From the NCBI GenBank assembly GCA_965218795.1, contig OZ244653.1, forward strand, positions 3,040,001 to 3,104,000: 64,000 nucleotides of DNA, in the 5' to 3' direction. The translations under genes and the position numbers were made by a program. Positions within the stretch are counted from its first letter, which is position 1; each line of letters begins with the position of its first letter. The DNA is from a bacterium. Lineage in GTDB: Bacteria; UBA8248; JACPRG01; G963555815. The notes under the pieces were generated by a model. That model was not told the DNA's origin and searched no databases. It was given only the letters and a program-made list of their open reading frames with translations. Of this stretch, positions 48,233 to 57,181 are shown one piece after another.

Positions 48233-49324
48233 ATGCGAGAAGGTGCCCTATGGCCTGCACTGACTGGATATTGGCACCCCGTGGCTTTTTCCGAAGATGT
48301 GAACGAAAAGCCGCTGGCCGTCCAGCTGTTGGACGAGCGCGTGGTTGTCTGCCGGCTCGGAAGCGGCGAGGTCCGGGCCTTTCATGACCTGTGCATTCAT
48401 CGAGGGACTCCGCTCTCCCTGGGATGGGTGGAAGGTGAGACGATTGTCTGCGCCTATCACGGCTGGGCGTACGACAAGGAGGGCAAGTGCATCCGCATCC
48501 CTTCGGTCCCCCCGGAGCATCCCATCCCCAAGAAGGCCTGCCTGACCCCTTATCAGGCCGCTGAGCGCTACGGAATCATCTGGGTCTGCTTGGCCGACAA
48601 GCCCCGCGCGCCCATCCCCGACCTGCCCGAGCTGGACGACCCGAGCTACCGCATCTTTTTCCGTCAGAGAAAGCCGTGGCAATGCACGGCGGCCCGGTCC
48701 ATCGAAAACTTCGTGGATTTCGCTCATTTTCCGTGGATCCATGACGGGATCCTGGGCGACCGCAATCAACTCCTGGCGCCGATCGTCGACGTCAGACAGG
48801 ACGGAGAGGAGCTTTGGTTCGAGGCCGACTTCAGCTTCTCGGTAGAGCAGGGGGACCTGAAAGGCGACCCTTCCACCGATAACCGGGATCCGGACCCCTA
48901 TCACCGCACGTACCGGATCTCCCGTCCATTCACCATTGTCCAGTGGATGAGGATGCCGGAGGGCAAGAACGAGGTCTACTATTACCCGTGCACGCCTCAC
49001 TCGGCGAGGGAATCGACGCGTTTTCTGATCGCGGCCCGGAACTACGACTTCGACGCGCCCGAGGTTGTCCATGGACCGATCACGGTGAAGGATGAAGAGA
49101 TGAAGTCGCGCGATGGGGCGCTCGATGGTCGGATCCCGGAGTCTATTCATCTCCTGGACGTGATCTCCGATCAGGACAAGCCGATTGTCGAGAACCAGCG
49201 GCCCGAGGAGCTGCCCTTGGATCTGACCGAGGAGCTCCATGTCCGTGGACCGGATGCCGTCGCCGTGGCTTACCGCCGATTCATGGCGGAGCTCGGGATA
49301 GACATTGACGGCCCCAAGCCGTAG
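48233..49324 (+). CDS. Rieske non-heme iron oxygenase alpha subunit (VanA/NdmA-like demethylase group)
   Basis: DLCIHRG, CAYHGW, ENFVDFAHFPWIH, DQDKPIVENQ. Confidence 0.9.
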   Translation: MREGALWPALTGYWHPVAFSEDVNEKPLAVQLLDERVVVCRLGSGEVRAFHDLCIHRGTPLSLGWVEGETIVCAYHGWAYDKEGKCIRIPSVPPEHPIPKKACLTPYQAAERYGIIWVCLADKPRAPIPDLPELDDPSYRIFFRQRKPWQCTAARSIENFVDFAHFPWIHDGILGDRNQLLAPIVDVRQDGEELWFEADFSFSVEQGDLKGDPSTDNRDPDPYHRTYRISRPFTIVQWMRMPEGKNEVYYYPCTPHSARESTRFLIAARNYDFDAPEVVHGPITVKDEEMKSRDGALDGRIPESIHLLDVISDQDKPIVENQRPEELPLDLTEELHVRGPDAVAVAYRRFMAELGIDIDGPKP

Positions 49325-49420
49325 GGGCTGGGAAGCCACGAAAATATGAACCCCGCGCCCATGTCTATCTCGTTGCAAGGCCGCGACGGATTCGTTGTTG
49401 ACCGTGAGGAGGGCTTTTGA

Positions 49421-50116
49421 GTGAAAGATGACCTTGCTTTGGCCGAATGGGTGGACCCCTCAAACTCCGCCCTCATCGTCGTGGACGTTCAAAACGACTT
49501 CTGCCATTCCGAAGGGGTTTTCGGCAAAAGAGGGTTTGACATGGGGCCCATTCAGGAGATACTCCCGCGGTTGCGGCGTCTAATGGACGAGGCGCGCGGC
49601 GTCGGGGTATCCGTCATCCTGTTCCAGGTGGTCCATTCGCCGGATTGCAACTGGTCGGCCTATCACCGGCTGGAACGGCTCAAGTCCGGTTCGGCCGACC
49701 CCGGTTCCGACAGGACCCAATCCGGGGCGGGTGGCATGGGTTCGGACCTGGTTGTTGAAGGGACCTGGGGTGCGGAACTATGCGAGGGTTTCGAGCCCCA
49801 GCCCGGAGATATTTTCCTCAAAAAGAATCGGTATGGGGGCTTCACGGGGACGAACCTCGATCTCATCCTCCGGAGCCGGGGCGTCGAGACCATCATCCTG
49901 ACTGGCGTGGCCACGAACGTGTGCGTCGAGAGCACAGCCCGCGAAGGCTTCATGCTGGACTACAACGTCATTATGGTCGATGACGCATGCGCCACCACGA
50001 GCCGTGAGGAACACGAAGCGACGCTCTTGAACTGCCGGAACTATTTCGGGCGGGTTGCAACGGTGGATGAGGTCGTCGCGGCCTGGGCGAAGCGTAGTGT
50101 AGAGGCGAAATCATAG
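49421..50116 (+). CDS. Isochorismatase-family cysteine hydrolase (RutB-like)
   Basis: VVDVQNDF, KNRYGGF, TGVATNVCVEST. Confidence 0.88.
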   Translation: MKDDLALAEWVDPSNSALIVVDVQNDFCHSEGVFGKRGFDMGPIQEILPRLRRLMDEARGVGVSVILFQVVHSPDCNWSAYHRLERLKSGSADPGSDRTQSGAGGMGSDLVVEGTWGAELCEGFEPQPGDIFLKKNRYGGFTGTNLDLILRSRGVETIILTGVATNVCVESTAREGFMLDYNVIMVDDACATTSREEHEATLLNCRNYFGRVATVDEVVAAWAKRSVEAKS

Positions 50117-50357
50117 ACCGAGCCCACAGGCGGGATATCCGGGGCCAGGTCTTGAATGATCCGCCGGACTCTCGCCCTGCGTGGCCATCGCGGCGGTCTA
50201 TCCGCCTCGAGAGCCGTTTCTCTGATTCGCTTTGGAGTCTGCCCTTCGTCCTGAGCAGCTTTCGAGATTTCACGTTATTTTTGGTCTCCTGGAGGAGGAA
50301 GGTGTCTTGTTCGTCGTTCAATCCGGGAGGAACATTTCAACGGAAAAGGAGGGGACC

Positions 50358-51359
50358 ATGAACAGTCAAAGGGTGTTGAGGACGTTTTTTGGGTGTTTTC
50401 TGGCTGTTGCATTCGCAGTCGCTTTCACCGCCGGCCCTGCGGCGGCGGCCAAAAAGATCCGCGTCGCCATCGGCAACAACGGCCCACAGAACGACAATGG
50501 CTGGTACGAGGGGGGATATCGGGGGGCGTTGATGCTCAAGAAGGACCCCGGCGTGGCCGAGGTCACCTCCCAGGAGCGCATCAAGAAAGCGGACCTGGAG
50601 CGCTCGCTTCGGCGCTGGGCCCTCGCCGGGTATAACCTCATCTTCGGTCACGGATATGAGTGGGGGGAGCCCATGCGGAAGGTGGCCAAGGATTTCCCCG
50701 ACATCATTTTTGCTGCGGCCGGATTTTATAATACAAAGGGTCACCCCAACCTGGTGACCTACATGGTCCGGTCGCATGAGACGGGCTATCTGGGAGGCGT
50801 CCTCGCCACCCTGATGAGCAAGACCAAGAAGGTCGGCGTCATCGGGGGGTTCCCCATTCCGGGGGTGATATCCGAGCACAACGGCTATATCCTGGGCGCC
50901 CGGAGCGCGGACCCCAACGTCAAGGTCGTGTCCGTCTTCATCAACGACTGGATGGACGTCTCCAAGGCGAAGGAGGCCGCGTTCGCCATGATCGAACAGG
51001 GGGTGGACGTGATTCAGGTGACCTCCAGTCCCATGGGTTTCGGTGGGATCAAGGGCGCCGAGGAAAAAGGCAAGTACGCCATCGGGTGCTTCATGGACCT
51101 GAATCGGATCGCGCCCGACACCGTGATCAGCAGCTCGGTTTTCATCTGGCACGCCGCCATGAAAAAGATCGTCCTCGACATGAAAAAGGGGAAGGTCGAG
51201 AAACTCTACCTGGTGGGCGTTCCGAACGGCGGCGCTGAGCTGGCGCCCTTCAACAAAAAGGTGCCCCCGAAGATCGCGAAGCGGGTCCGAGCGGTTGAAG
51301 CGGACATCAAGAGCGGCAAGATCAAGGTGCCCTACCTGGATCAGAAGATGATCGAATAG
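50358..51359 (+). CDS. BMP family ABC substrate-binding protein (purine/nucleoside type)
   Basis: Signal peptide, LIFGHGYEW, GYLGGVLA..MSKTKKVGVIGG, KAKEAA.AMI..GVDVI. Confidence 0.9.
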   Translation: MNSQRVLRTFFGCFLAVAFAVAFTAGPAAAAKKIRVAIGNNGPQNDNGWYEGGYRGALMLKKDPGVAEVTSQERIKKADLERSLRRWALAGYNLIFGHGYEWGEPMRKVAKDFPDIIFAAAGFYNTKGHPNLVTYMVRSHETGYLGGVLATLMSKTKKVGVIGGFPIPGVISEHNGYILGARSADPNVKVVSVFINDWMDVSKAKEAAFAMIEQGVDVIQVTSSPMGFGGIKGAEEKGKYAIGCFMDLNRIAPDTVISSSVFIWHAAMKKIVLDMKKGKVEKLYLVGVPNGGAELAPFNKKVPPKIAKRVRAVEADIKSGKIKVPYLDQKMIE

Positions 51360-51409
51360 GCCTGCGCCTCTTCCGATCATCTCCGCGCCGCCATTAACAA
51401 GGTTGTGCA

Positions 51410-51614
51410 GTAGCGTGCCGAGGCCGGAGAGGAGGTTATCGAAGGATTCGCGCTCCTCCCGGCCGTCGCCTTCGGTGATGACTGCCTCTCTGGCCAGGAT
51501 CCCGTGTTTCAGCGCGTTGTACCGGACCACGGCCTTGCCTTGGGGCGTCTTGGGACCGGTTGATTTCAGGGAATTTTTGCGGTTCGCCTCGATCTTCGCA
51601 GGTGTGACCTTCAT
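51410..51614 (-). pseudogene. Truncated conserved hypothetical protein (ANRKN..KSTGPKT.QGK....NALKHG type)
   Basis: MKVTPAKIEANRKNSLKSTGPKTPQGKAVVRYNALKHGIL; no own stop, runs antisense into the BMP gene. Confidence 0.6.
51479..51566. repeat. 88-bp direct repeat, copy 1
   Basis: Matches 52578..52665 with about 5 mismatches. Confidence 0.9.
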
Positions 51615-51907
51615 TGGACCCCTTCCGAATACTTTCGTCTTTATTATGTATAATATGGAGCATGAATGCGGGGAAGTCAAGGAGGAGACGCGCCTCAGCG
51701 TTTTCGCCGTGCTCCGCACGGCACGTAGGAGCCGGGTGGAGCCTGCCCCGACCGAAGCGAGGGATCTCCCGGTCCACTCCACAGGAATCCCTAGTTATTT
51801 CAAGAATCAAGAGTTTTACAGGATTGAGTCTGGTCCCGGTTACGGGCGCGGAAAAAATCATTGTCTGGCTGTACCAAAAATGGTACATATCATGCTTGGA
51901 GATACAA

Positions 51908-52279
51908 GTGAAAAAGGTACCTGCCGTCTTTTACAAATCCAGGGTGGGAAACGAACCGGTGCGCGACTGGCTGAAGTCTCTCGCCAAGGAAGACCGGAGG
52001 GCGATTGGGGCGGATATTCAGACGGTAGAGTACGGCTGGCCGGTTGGGATGCCGGTTTGCAAGCCGATGGGTAGCGGTATTTTTGAAGTGCGAACCGATT
52101 TGAAAAACAGAATTGCCAGGGTCCTCTTCTGCGTATTGGGAGACAGAATGCTTTTGCTCCATGGGTTCATCAAGAAGACGAGGCAGACCCCGGATAAGGA
52201 CTTGAAGCTGGCAATTCAGCGAAAGACGGATTTGGAGAAGGAACTTCAGGTAAAAAAGGAGGGTGAAAATGAAAGGTAA
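51908..52279 (+). CDS. Type II toxin, RelE/ParE (Gp49-like) family
   Basis: GNEPVRDWL, GWPVGMPVCKPM..GIFEVR, RVLF, LLHGFIKKT. Confidence 0.9.
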   Translation: MKKVPAVFYKSRVGNEPVRDWLKSLAKEDRRAIGADIQTVEYGWPVGMPVCKPMGSGIFEVRTDLKNRIARVLFCVLGDRMLLLHGFIKKTRQTPDKDLKLAIQRKTDLEKELQVKKEGENER

Positions 52280-52580
52280 AACCCATGTTGGTTCCTCTTT
52301 TGATGAGTTTCTCGACGAAGAGGGGATTCTTGCGGAGACCACTGCCATTGCGGTGAAGCGCGTGCTCGCTTGGGAGTTTGAGCAAGCCATGAAGAAAGGG
52401 AAGATCAGCAAAAGAGAGATGGCCCGACGGATGAACACAAGCCGCTCATCCGTGAATCGGTTACTGGACCCCAATGCGCCGTCGATCACCCTTCAAACCA
52501 TGGATAGCGCGGCAAGGGCACTTGGCAAAGAACTGCGTATCGTCCTCAGAGACAAACAGAAGAAAAAGGCGATAGTCTGA
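52269..52580 (+). CDS. XRE-family antitoxin
   Basis: HVGSSFDEFL.EEG, MARRMNTSRS.VNRLLDP; overlaps the toxin stop. Confidence 0.88.
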   Translation: MKGKTHVGSSFDEFLDEEGILAETTAIAVKRVLAWEFEQAMKKGKISKREMARRMNTSRSSVNRLLDPNAPSITLQTMDSAARALGKELRIVLRDKQKKKAIV

Positions 52581-52665
52581 CCGCCTCTTTGGCCAGGATC
52601 CCGTGTTTCAGCGCGTTGTACCGGACCACGGCCTTGCCTTCGGGCGTCTTGGGAGTGGTTGATTT
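52578..52665. repeat. 88-bp direct repeat, copy 2
   Basis: Matches 51479..51566. Confidence 0.9.
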
Positions 52666-52807
52666 GTACGGCCAGGTATCTTCCAGAACAGATGATATCT
52701 TTCAAAGGGGGAAGGAGGTCCCCCGGAAGCCAGAGAGGGAGGAGCCACGACAACGGCAGAGAAGAGGGTGAAGATGACAGTTTACTCATCTTGCTTGCGA
52801 CTTCCTC

Positions 52808-53030
52808 TCTGGATTCCTGCTGGAGCCTGTCCTCGAAGGCTTTTATCGGGGGCAGGAATGACCCATCGGGGGTTCGCAGGTCTCGTCCGTCATTCCCACC
52901 GGAAGGCTTCCACCCGGACCGGGGTTTGTCCCAGAGTCCGCCATTCCCGCGAAAGCGGGAATCCATGCAGCATGCTCCCCGACTGAAATACTCGGGGACA
53001 GGCTCCCCGACTGAAACCCTCAGGGGCAGG
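52808..53030. repeat. Cluster of REP-like palindromes
   Basis: GGATTCCTGC...GCAGGAATGAC, GTCATTCCC, CATTCCCGCGAAAGCGGGAATCCA, and duplicated CTCCCCGACTGAAA. Confidence 0.6.
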
Positions 53031-53154
53031 CCCAACCGGTCACCCCTGCGCGCCTCTGGGCAGGGGTCCATGTCCCCCCTTCCTCTGCATCCACCGGGGG
53101 CCGTTCCCGTGATAGGATGCGCCTTGACAAAAATCCGCCCCACACAGAAAGGAT

Positions 53155-53335
53155 CCCCGATGCGCGGCAACCGGCTCGATCGGAAGGTCATGGTGACCAG
53201 GATGGGGATCGACGCCACTGTCCCGCCGGGATACGAGAGGTCGTACACGGATCAGGCCGGGAGCCCGGGTCTGGAGGATTCCCTGTCGCCCGCCGATTTC
53301 AGCGGCGGCGGAAAACGCCCATTGCAAGTCCCTGA
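53155..53335 (+). pseudogene. Second UbiD-family C-terminal remnant
   Basis: PMRGNRLD...TRMGIDATVP. Confidence 0.5.
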
Positions 53336-53346
53336 AGGAGGAGTGG

Positions 53347-54756
53347 ATGCCTAAGGACAAGGTGGACCTGTTGTTCAACAATGCCGTCGTCCTCACCATG
53401 AACCCGTCACGGGAACTCCTCTGGGACGGCGCGGTCGCGATCCGGGGGGCGCGGATCGAAGAAGTCGGCCCGACCGAAGTCCTCGCCGGGAAGTTCGAGG
53501 CGGCCCGGGAGATTGACGCCCGTCACAAGCTGTTGATGCCCGGTCTCGTCAACACCCACAACCATATGTTCGGCGCCCTCTGCCGGGGCCTCGTCAACGA
53601 CCTCTCCTTCACGCCCTGGGTCCAGAAGAAGTTCTACGTGTCCACCAAAGGGCTGGATCTGGAGAGCTATTATCTCAGCACCCTGCTCCTCGGCATCGAG
53701 ATGCTGAAATCAGGGACAACCTGTTATGTGGATTGCGGAACCGTTCAGAGACTGGAGGCGAGCGCCGTCCGGGCCGTGGAAGAGGTCGGCATCAAGGCGG
53801 TCCTCGGGCGGACGATGGCGGACGTCACCGAGGACCTTTCCAGCCATCTGCACAACCGGAAGGAATCGACGCAGGAGAACCTTCGGGATACCGAAAACTT
53901 CGTCAAGGAATATCACGGTGCGGCTGACGGCCGGGTTCTCGCCTGGTTCGCCCCCATCCAGGTGTCCAGCATCTCCGACGAGCTCTGCCGAGAATCCATC
54001 CGCCTCGCTGAGCAGTACGATTCCGGCTTCGTCACCCATGCCGCCGTCGACAAGGCCGATGTCGAGCTCTGCCTGGAACGGTTTGGCGATACCCCCATCG
54101 AGCGGTTTCACCGACTGGGCGTTCTGGGACCGCGCCTCATCGCCACCCACATGGGGTGGCTGAGCCAGAACGAGATCCGGCTGCTGGCCGAGACCCGCAC
54201 CAATATCTCCCACTGCCCCAGCGCCAGCATGAAGCTGGCCTATGGCTGTCTGAGCCACGGGAGTTTCCCGGAGCTGGAAGAAGCGGGCGCCAACGTCACG
54301 GTCGGCACGGACGGCCCGGCGGCCAGCAACTTCCAGGACTTGTTCCGGGTCATGCACCTGGCCTCGGTGGGCCAGCGGGAGATCCGCCTGGACCCCCGCA
54401 TCATGCCGCCGGAAAAGGTCCTGGAATGGGCGACCCTCAACGGAGCGCGTTCGGTGGGGTGGGCCGATCGGATCGGCTCGCTGGAGGCCGGCAAGCGGGC
54501 GGACATGGCCCTTCTGAACCTCCGGCGGACGGAGTTCGTTCCCCTGCACCCCGACACCGTGATCCAGAACCTGGTCTACGCCGCGGCCGGGCATTGCGTG
54601 GAGATGGTCCTCGTGGACGGCAGGATCGTCGTGGAGGACGGGCGGGTCACGACGGTCGACGAGGAGGACATCATCGACCGGATCAACCGGTTCGCTGACC
54701 GCTTCGCCGGCCTCTCCCGGGAATGGGACGAGAAGAAGGCGAAGGGAAAGCATTGA
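53347..54756 (+). CDS. Amidohydrolase of the MTA/SAH-deaminase/AtzA/SsnA group
   Basis: MPGLVNTHNH, KSGTT, ATHMGW, HCPSASMKL, GTDG, ATLNGA, GSLEAGKRAD. Confidence 0.88.
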   Translation: MPKDKVDLLFNNAVVLTMNPSRELLWDGAVAIRGARIEEVGPTEVLAGKFEAAREIDARHKLLMPGLVNTHNHMFGALCRGLVNDLSFTPWVQKKFYVSTKGLDLESYYLSTLLLGIEMLKSGTTCYVDCGTVQRLEASAVRAVEEVGIKAVLGRTMADVTEDLSSHLHNRKESTQENLRDTENFVKEYHGAADGRVLAWFAPIQVSSISDELCRESIRLAEQYDSGFVTHAAVDKADVELCLERFGDTPIERFHRLGVLGPRLIATHMGWLSQNEIRLLAETRTNISHCPSASMKLAYGCLSHGSFPELEEAGANVTVGTDGPAASNFQDLFRVMHLASVGQREIRLDPRIMPPEKVLEWATLNGARSVGWADRIGSLEAGKRADMALLNLRRTEFVPLHPDTVIQNLVYAAAGHCVEMVLVDGRIVVEDGRVTTVDEEDIIDRINRFADRFAGLSREWDEKKAKGKH

Positions 54757-54841
54757 CGAGACTCCCGTGATGCGGGCCGTCTTCCCCTGCCGTCTGCGGT
54801 GCGCCTCCGACCGAAGGCGCACCGTTTTGTGAAAAGAGGGC

Positions 54842-54897
54842 TTGACGGGATCGGTCGAAATTATTAAATTCTTTGAAGGGTTCAACAAATTATTGAA
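54842..54897 (+). promoter_or_regulatory. Sigma70-like promoter and palindromic operator upstream of the YheO-like regulator
   Basis: TTGACG then AT-rich -10; near-perfect palindrome TTCAACAAATTATTGAA at 54881-54897. Confidence 0.45.
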
Positions 54898-54978
54898 TTC
54901 CTGTTCTGCACCGGTCCTCAGGTGACTTCTTGTCGGGGTCCGGCGTGATCCCGGCCTGGCACCGCGAGCTTCCGGTCA

Positions 54979-55608
54979 TTGAACCAAGAGACGCTGTTCA
55001 AGAACGCAGAGGCCGTCGCGTTCGGTCTGAGCGAGTTCTTCGGCGACGCCATCGAGGTTGTCGTCCACGATTTCGCCAATCCCCACCGGTCGATCCGGGC
55101 CATCTATGGAAATCTGACCGGCCGCCGGGTCGGCGGCCCGGCCCCCGAGCGGCTCCGCCGCCGCCTTGCCGACGGCCGGGACTTGCACAACTACCCCGCG
55201 CAGACCAAAGACGGCCGGCCGCTCAAGGCCTCGACGGTCTTCCTTCGGGACGGGCGCGGGGCGGTCATCGGCGCGCTCTCGGTCAATTACGACCTGACGG
55301 AAACCCTCCTGATTCAGGGCTCACTGGAACGGTTTTCCCGAAGGGCCCCCGTGGAAGCGGCGGAGGACGTGGTCCCCATCGGCGAGAACGGCGTGGGCGG
55401 CCAGGTGGAGCAGGCGTTCGGCGAGGCCGCGGATGCGGTCGGCCGGCCCGCTCCGCTCATGAACCGCGATCAGAAGGTCCGGGTCGTCCGGGACCTGGAT
55501 CGCAGAGGCATCTTTCTGATCAAGGGCGCGGTGGACGAGGTGGCCCGGCTCCTCGGGGTCTCCCGCTACACCGTCTATAACTACCGCAAGGAAGCGGCCG
55601 CCGTATGA
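54979..55608 (+). CDS. YheO/DauR-like PAS-HTH transcriptional regulator
   Basis: EVVVHD, TGRRVGGP, DGRPLKAST, GIFLIKGAVDEVARLLGVSRYTVYNY. Confidence 0.9.
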   Translation: MNQETLFKNAEAVAFGLSEFFGDAIEVVVHDFANPHRSIRAIYGNLTGRRVGGPAPERLRRRLADGRDLHNYPAQTKDGRPLKASTVFLRDGRGAVIGALSVNYDLTETLLIQGSLERFSRRAPVEAAEDVVPIGENGVGGQVEQAFGEAADAVGRPAPLMNRDQKVRVVRDLDRRGIFLIKGAVDEVARLLGVSRYTVYNYRKEAAAV

Positions 55609-55644
55609 CTCAACCCCCATCCATCGAAAGGAAGGCAAGACGTC

Positions 55645-56862
55645 ATGGCAAAAAGCGTCGATCGTAAAGCTCTCCTCGCCGCGGCGAGGTCGCGCAAGAA
55701 AGAAGTCGTCAAGTTTCTCCGGGACATCGTGGCCCTCCCCAGCCCCAGCCTGGGCGAGGAAAAGGTGGCCAAGCGGATCCTCCAGGAGATGAAGCGGCTC
55801 CGGTACGATGAATGCTGGATCGACAAGCTCGGCAACGTCATCGGCCGCATCGGGAAGGGCAAGACCCACCTCCTTCTCGACGCGCACATCGACACCGTTG
55901 GGGTGGGCGACCCGAAGGCCTGGACCATCGACCCCTTCAAGGGCAAGGTCGATTCCAAGAACGTGTACGGGCGCGGATCCTGCGACAACAAGGGCGCCGT
56001 CGCCTCCCAGGTGGTCGGCGCGCCGCTCATCAAGCAGCTCGGCCTCCAGGATGATTTCAGCCTGTTCGTCATCGGGACGGTCATGGAGGAGGACCTGGAC
56101 GGGTACGGCCTCCAGTTCGCCATTGAGAAGTCCCTGCCGAAGCTGGCCGGGGTGTGCATGGGGGAGCCGACCAACATGGGCGTCTACCGCGGCCACCGGG
56201 GGCGGATGGAGATCAGCGTGCGCGCTCCCGGAAAGTCCTGCCACGCCTCCGCGCCGGAACGGGGGATCAACCCGATCACGAAGATGGCCCCGCTGGTTTC
56301 CGCCATCGATCAGCTGAACCATCGACTCAAGCCCGATCGGTTTCTGGGGAAGGGGACCGTGGCCGTGACGAAGATCGATTGCTCCACGCCCTCCCTCAAC
56401 GCTGTTTCGGACGAGTGCATCATCTACCTGGACCGCCGCCTCACGGCTGGAGAGACCGCCCGAAGCGCGGTGGCGGAGATCAAGGCCCTGAAGGAAGCCA
56501 AGGGCGTGAGGGTGGAGGTCCTCGATTATCAGACGCGCAGCTATACGGGACAGAAGGTCGATACCGACAAGTACTTCCCCACGTGGGTGCTGCCGGAGAG
56601 CCATGTCTTGGTGCAGGGCGGGGCGGGCGCGGCCCGGACGGTCCTGGGCCGGAAGCCGCGCATCGGCCGTTGGGTCTTCAGCACCAACGGTGTGGCGAGC
56701 ATGGGCCGCCTGGGCGTGCCGACGATCGGCTTCGGTCCCGGCAACGAAACCGTCGCCCATTCGGCCAAGGAATTCATTGCAATCGATCACCTGGTGAACG
56801 CGATGGCGTTTTACGCGGCGTTCCCGGGGGCGTACCTCCAGGCGGCGGGACGAAAGGGGTGA
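55645..56862 (+). CDS. ygeY: YgeY-family M20 hydrolase
   Basis: DAHIDTVG, GRGSCDNKG, TVMEED, GEPT, RGHRGRME, SCHASAPERG.N, WVFSTNG. Confidence 0.85.
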   Translation: MAKSVDRKALLAAARSRKKEVVKFLRDIVALPSPSLGEEKVAKRILQEMKRLRYDECWIDKLGNVIGRIGKGKTHLLLDAHIDTVGVGDPKAWTIDPFKGKVDSKNVYGRGSCDNKGAVASQVVGAPLIKQLGLQDDFSLFVIGTVMEEDLDGYGLQFAIEKSLPKLAGVCMGEPTNMGVYRGHRGRMEISVRAPGKSCHASAPERGINPITKMAPLVSAIDQLNHRLKPDRFLGKGTVAVTKIDCSTPSLNAVSDECIIYLDRRLTAGETARSAVAEIKALKEAKGVRVEVLDYQTRSYTGQKVDTDKYFPTWVLPESHVLVQGGAGAARTVLGRKPRIGRWVFSTNGVASMGRLGVPTIGFGPGNETVAHSAKEFIAIDHLVNAMAFYAAFPGAYLQAAGRKG

Positions 56863-56875
56863 TGGATCGATGGTT

Positions 56876-57070
56876 TTTCCCCAGGGGGCTTTTTTGAAAA
56901 ACCGCCCCCTGGACCCCCGAAAAACTTTTGACGGCCGAACCTGTGGTTCGGCCTGCTCGCGGGGAAGGGGAGTCTGGCTGGCTGTGTGATCATACAGCGC
57001 GGAATGGGGACTTTTTTGGGGGACTTTTTTGGCCGGATGCGGGGGGGCGCCTTTCAAAAAGCGCCCCCGC
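56876..57070. repeat. Dispersed palindromic repeat elements between ygeY and ygeW
   Basis: CCAGGGGGCTTTTTTGAAAAACCGCCCCCTGG, GGCCGAACCTGTGGTTCGGCC, GGGGGCGCCTTTCAAAAAGCGCCCCC. Confidence 0.6.
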
Positions 57071-57181
57071 ATTGTGGAGGCGAGTTGCGGCGAAGACGCC
57101 CCCCGCAATCGAATGAGGTCTGTCAACCTCAATGGATGATTTGGTCCAGGTAATTTTGGGAGAGAGGACAGGAGTCAACCG

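Noticed and set aside
52690-57110. CRISPR array in the repeat-rich intergenic stretches
   Set aside because: No regularly spaced identical repeats with unique spacers, and no cas genes
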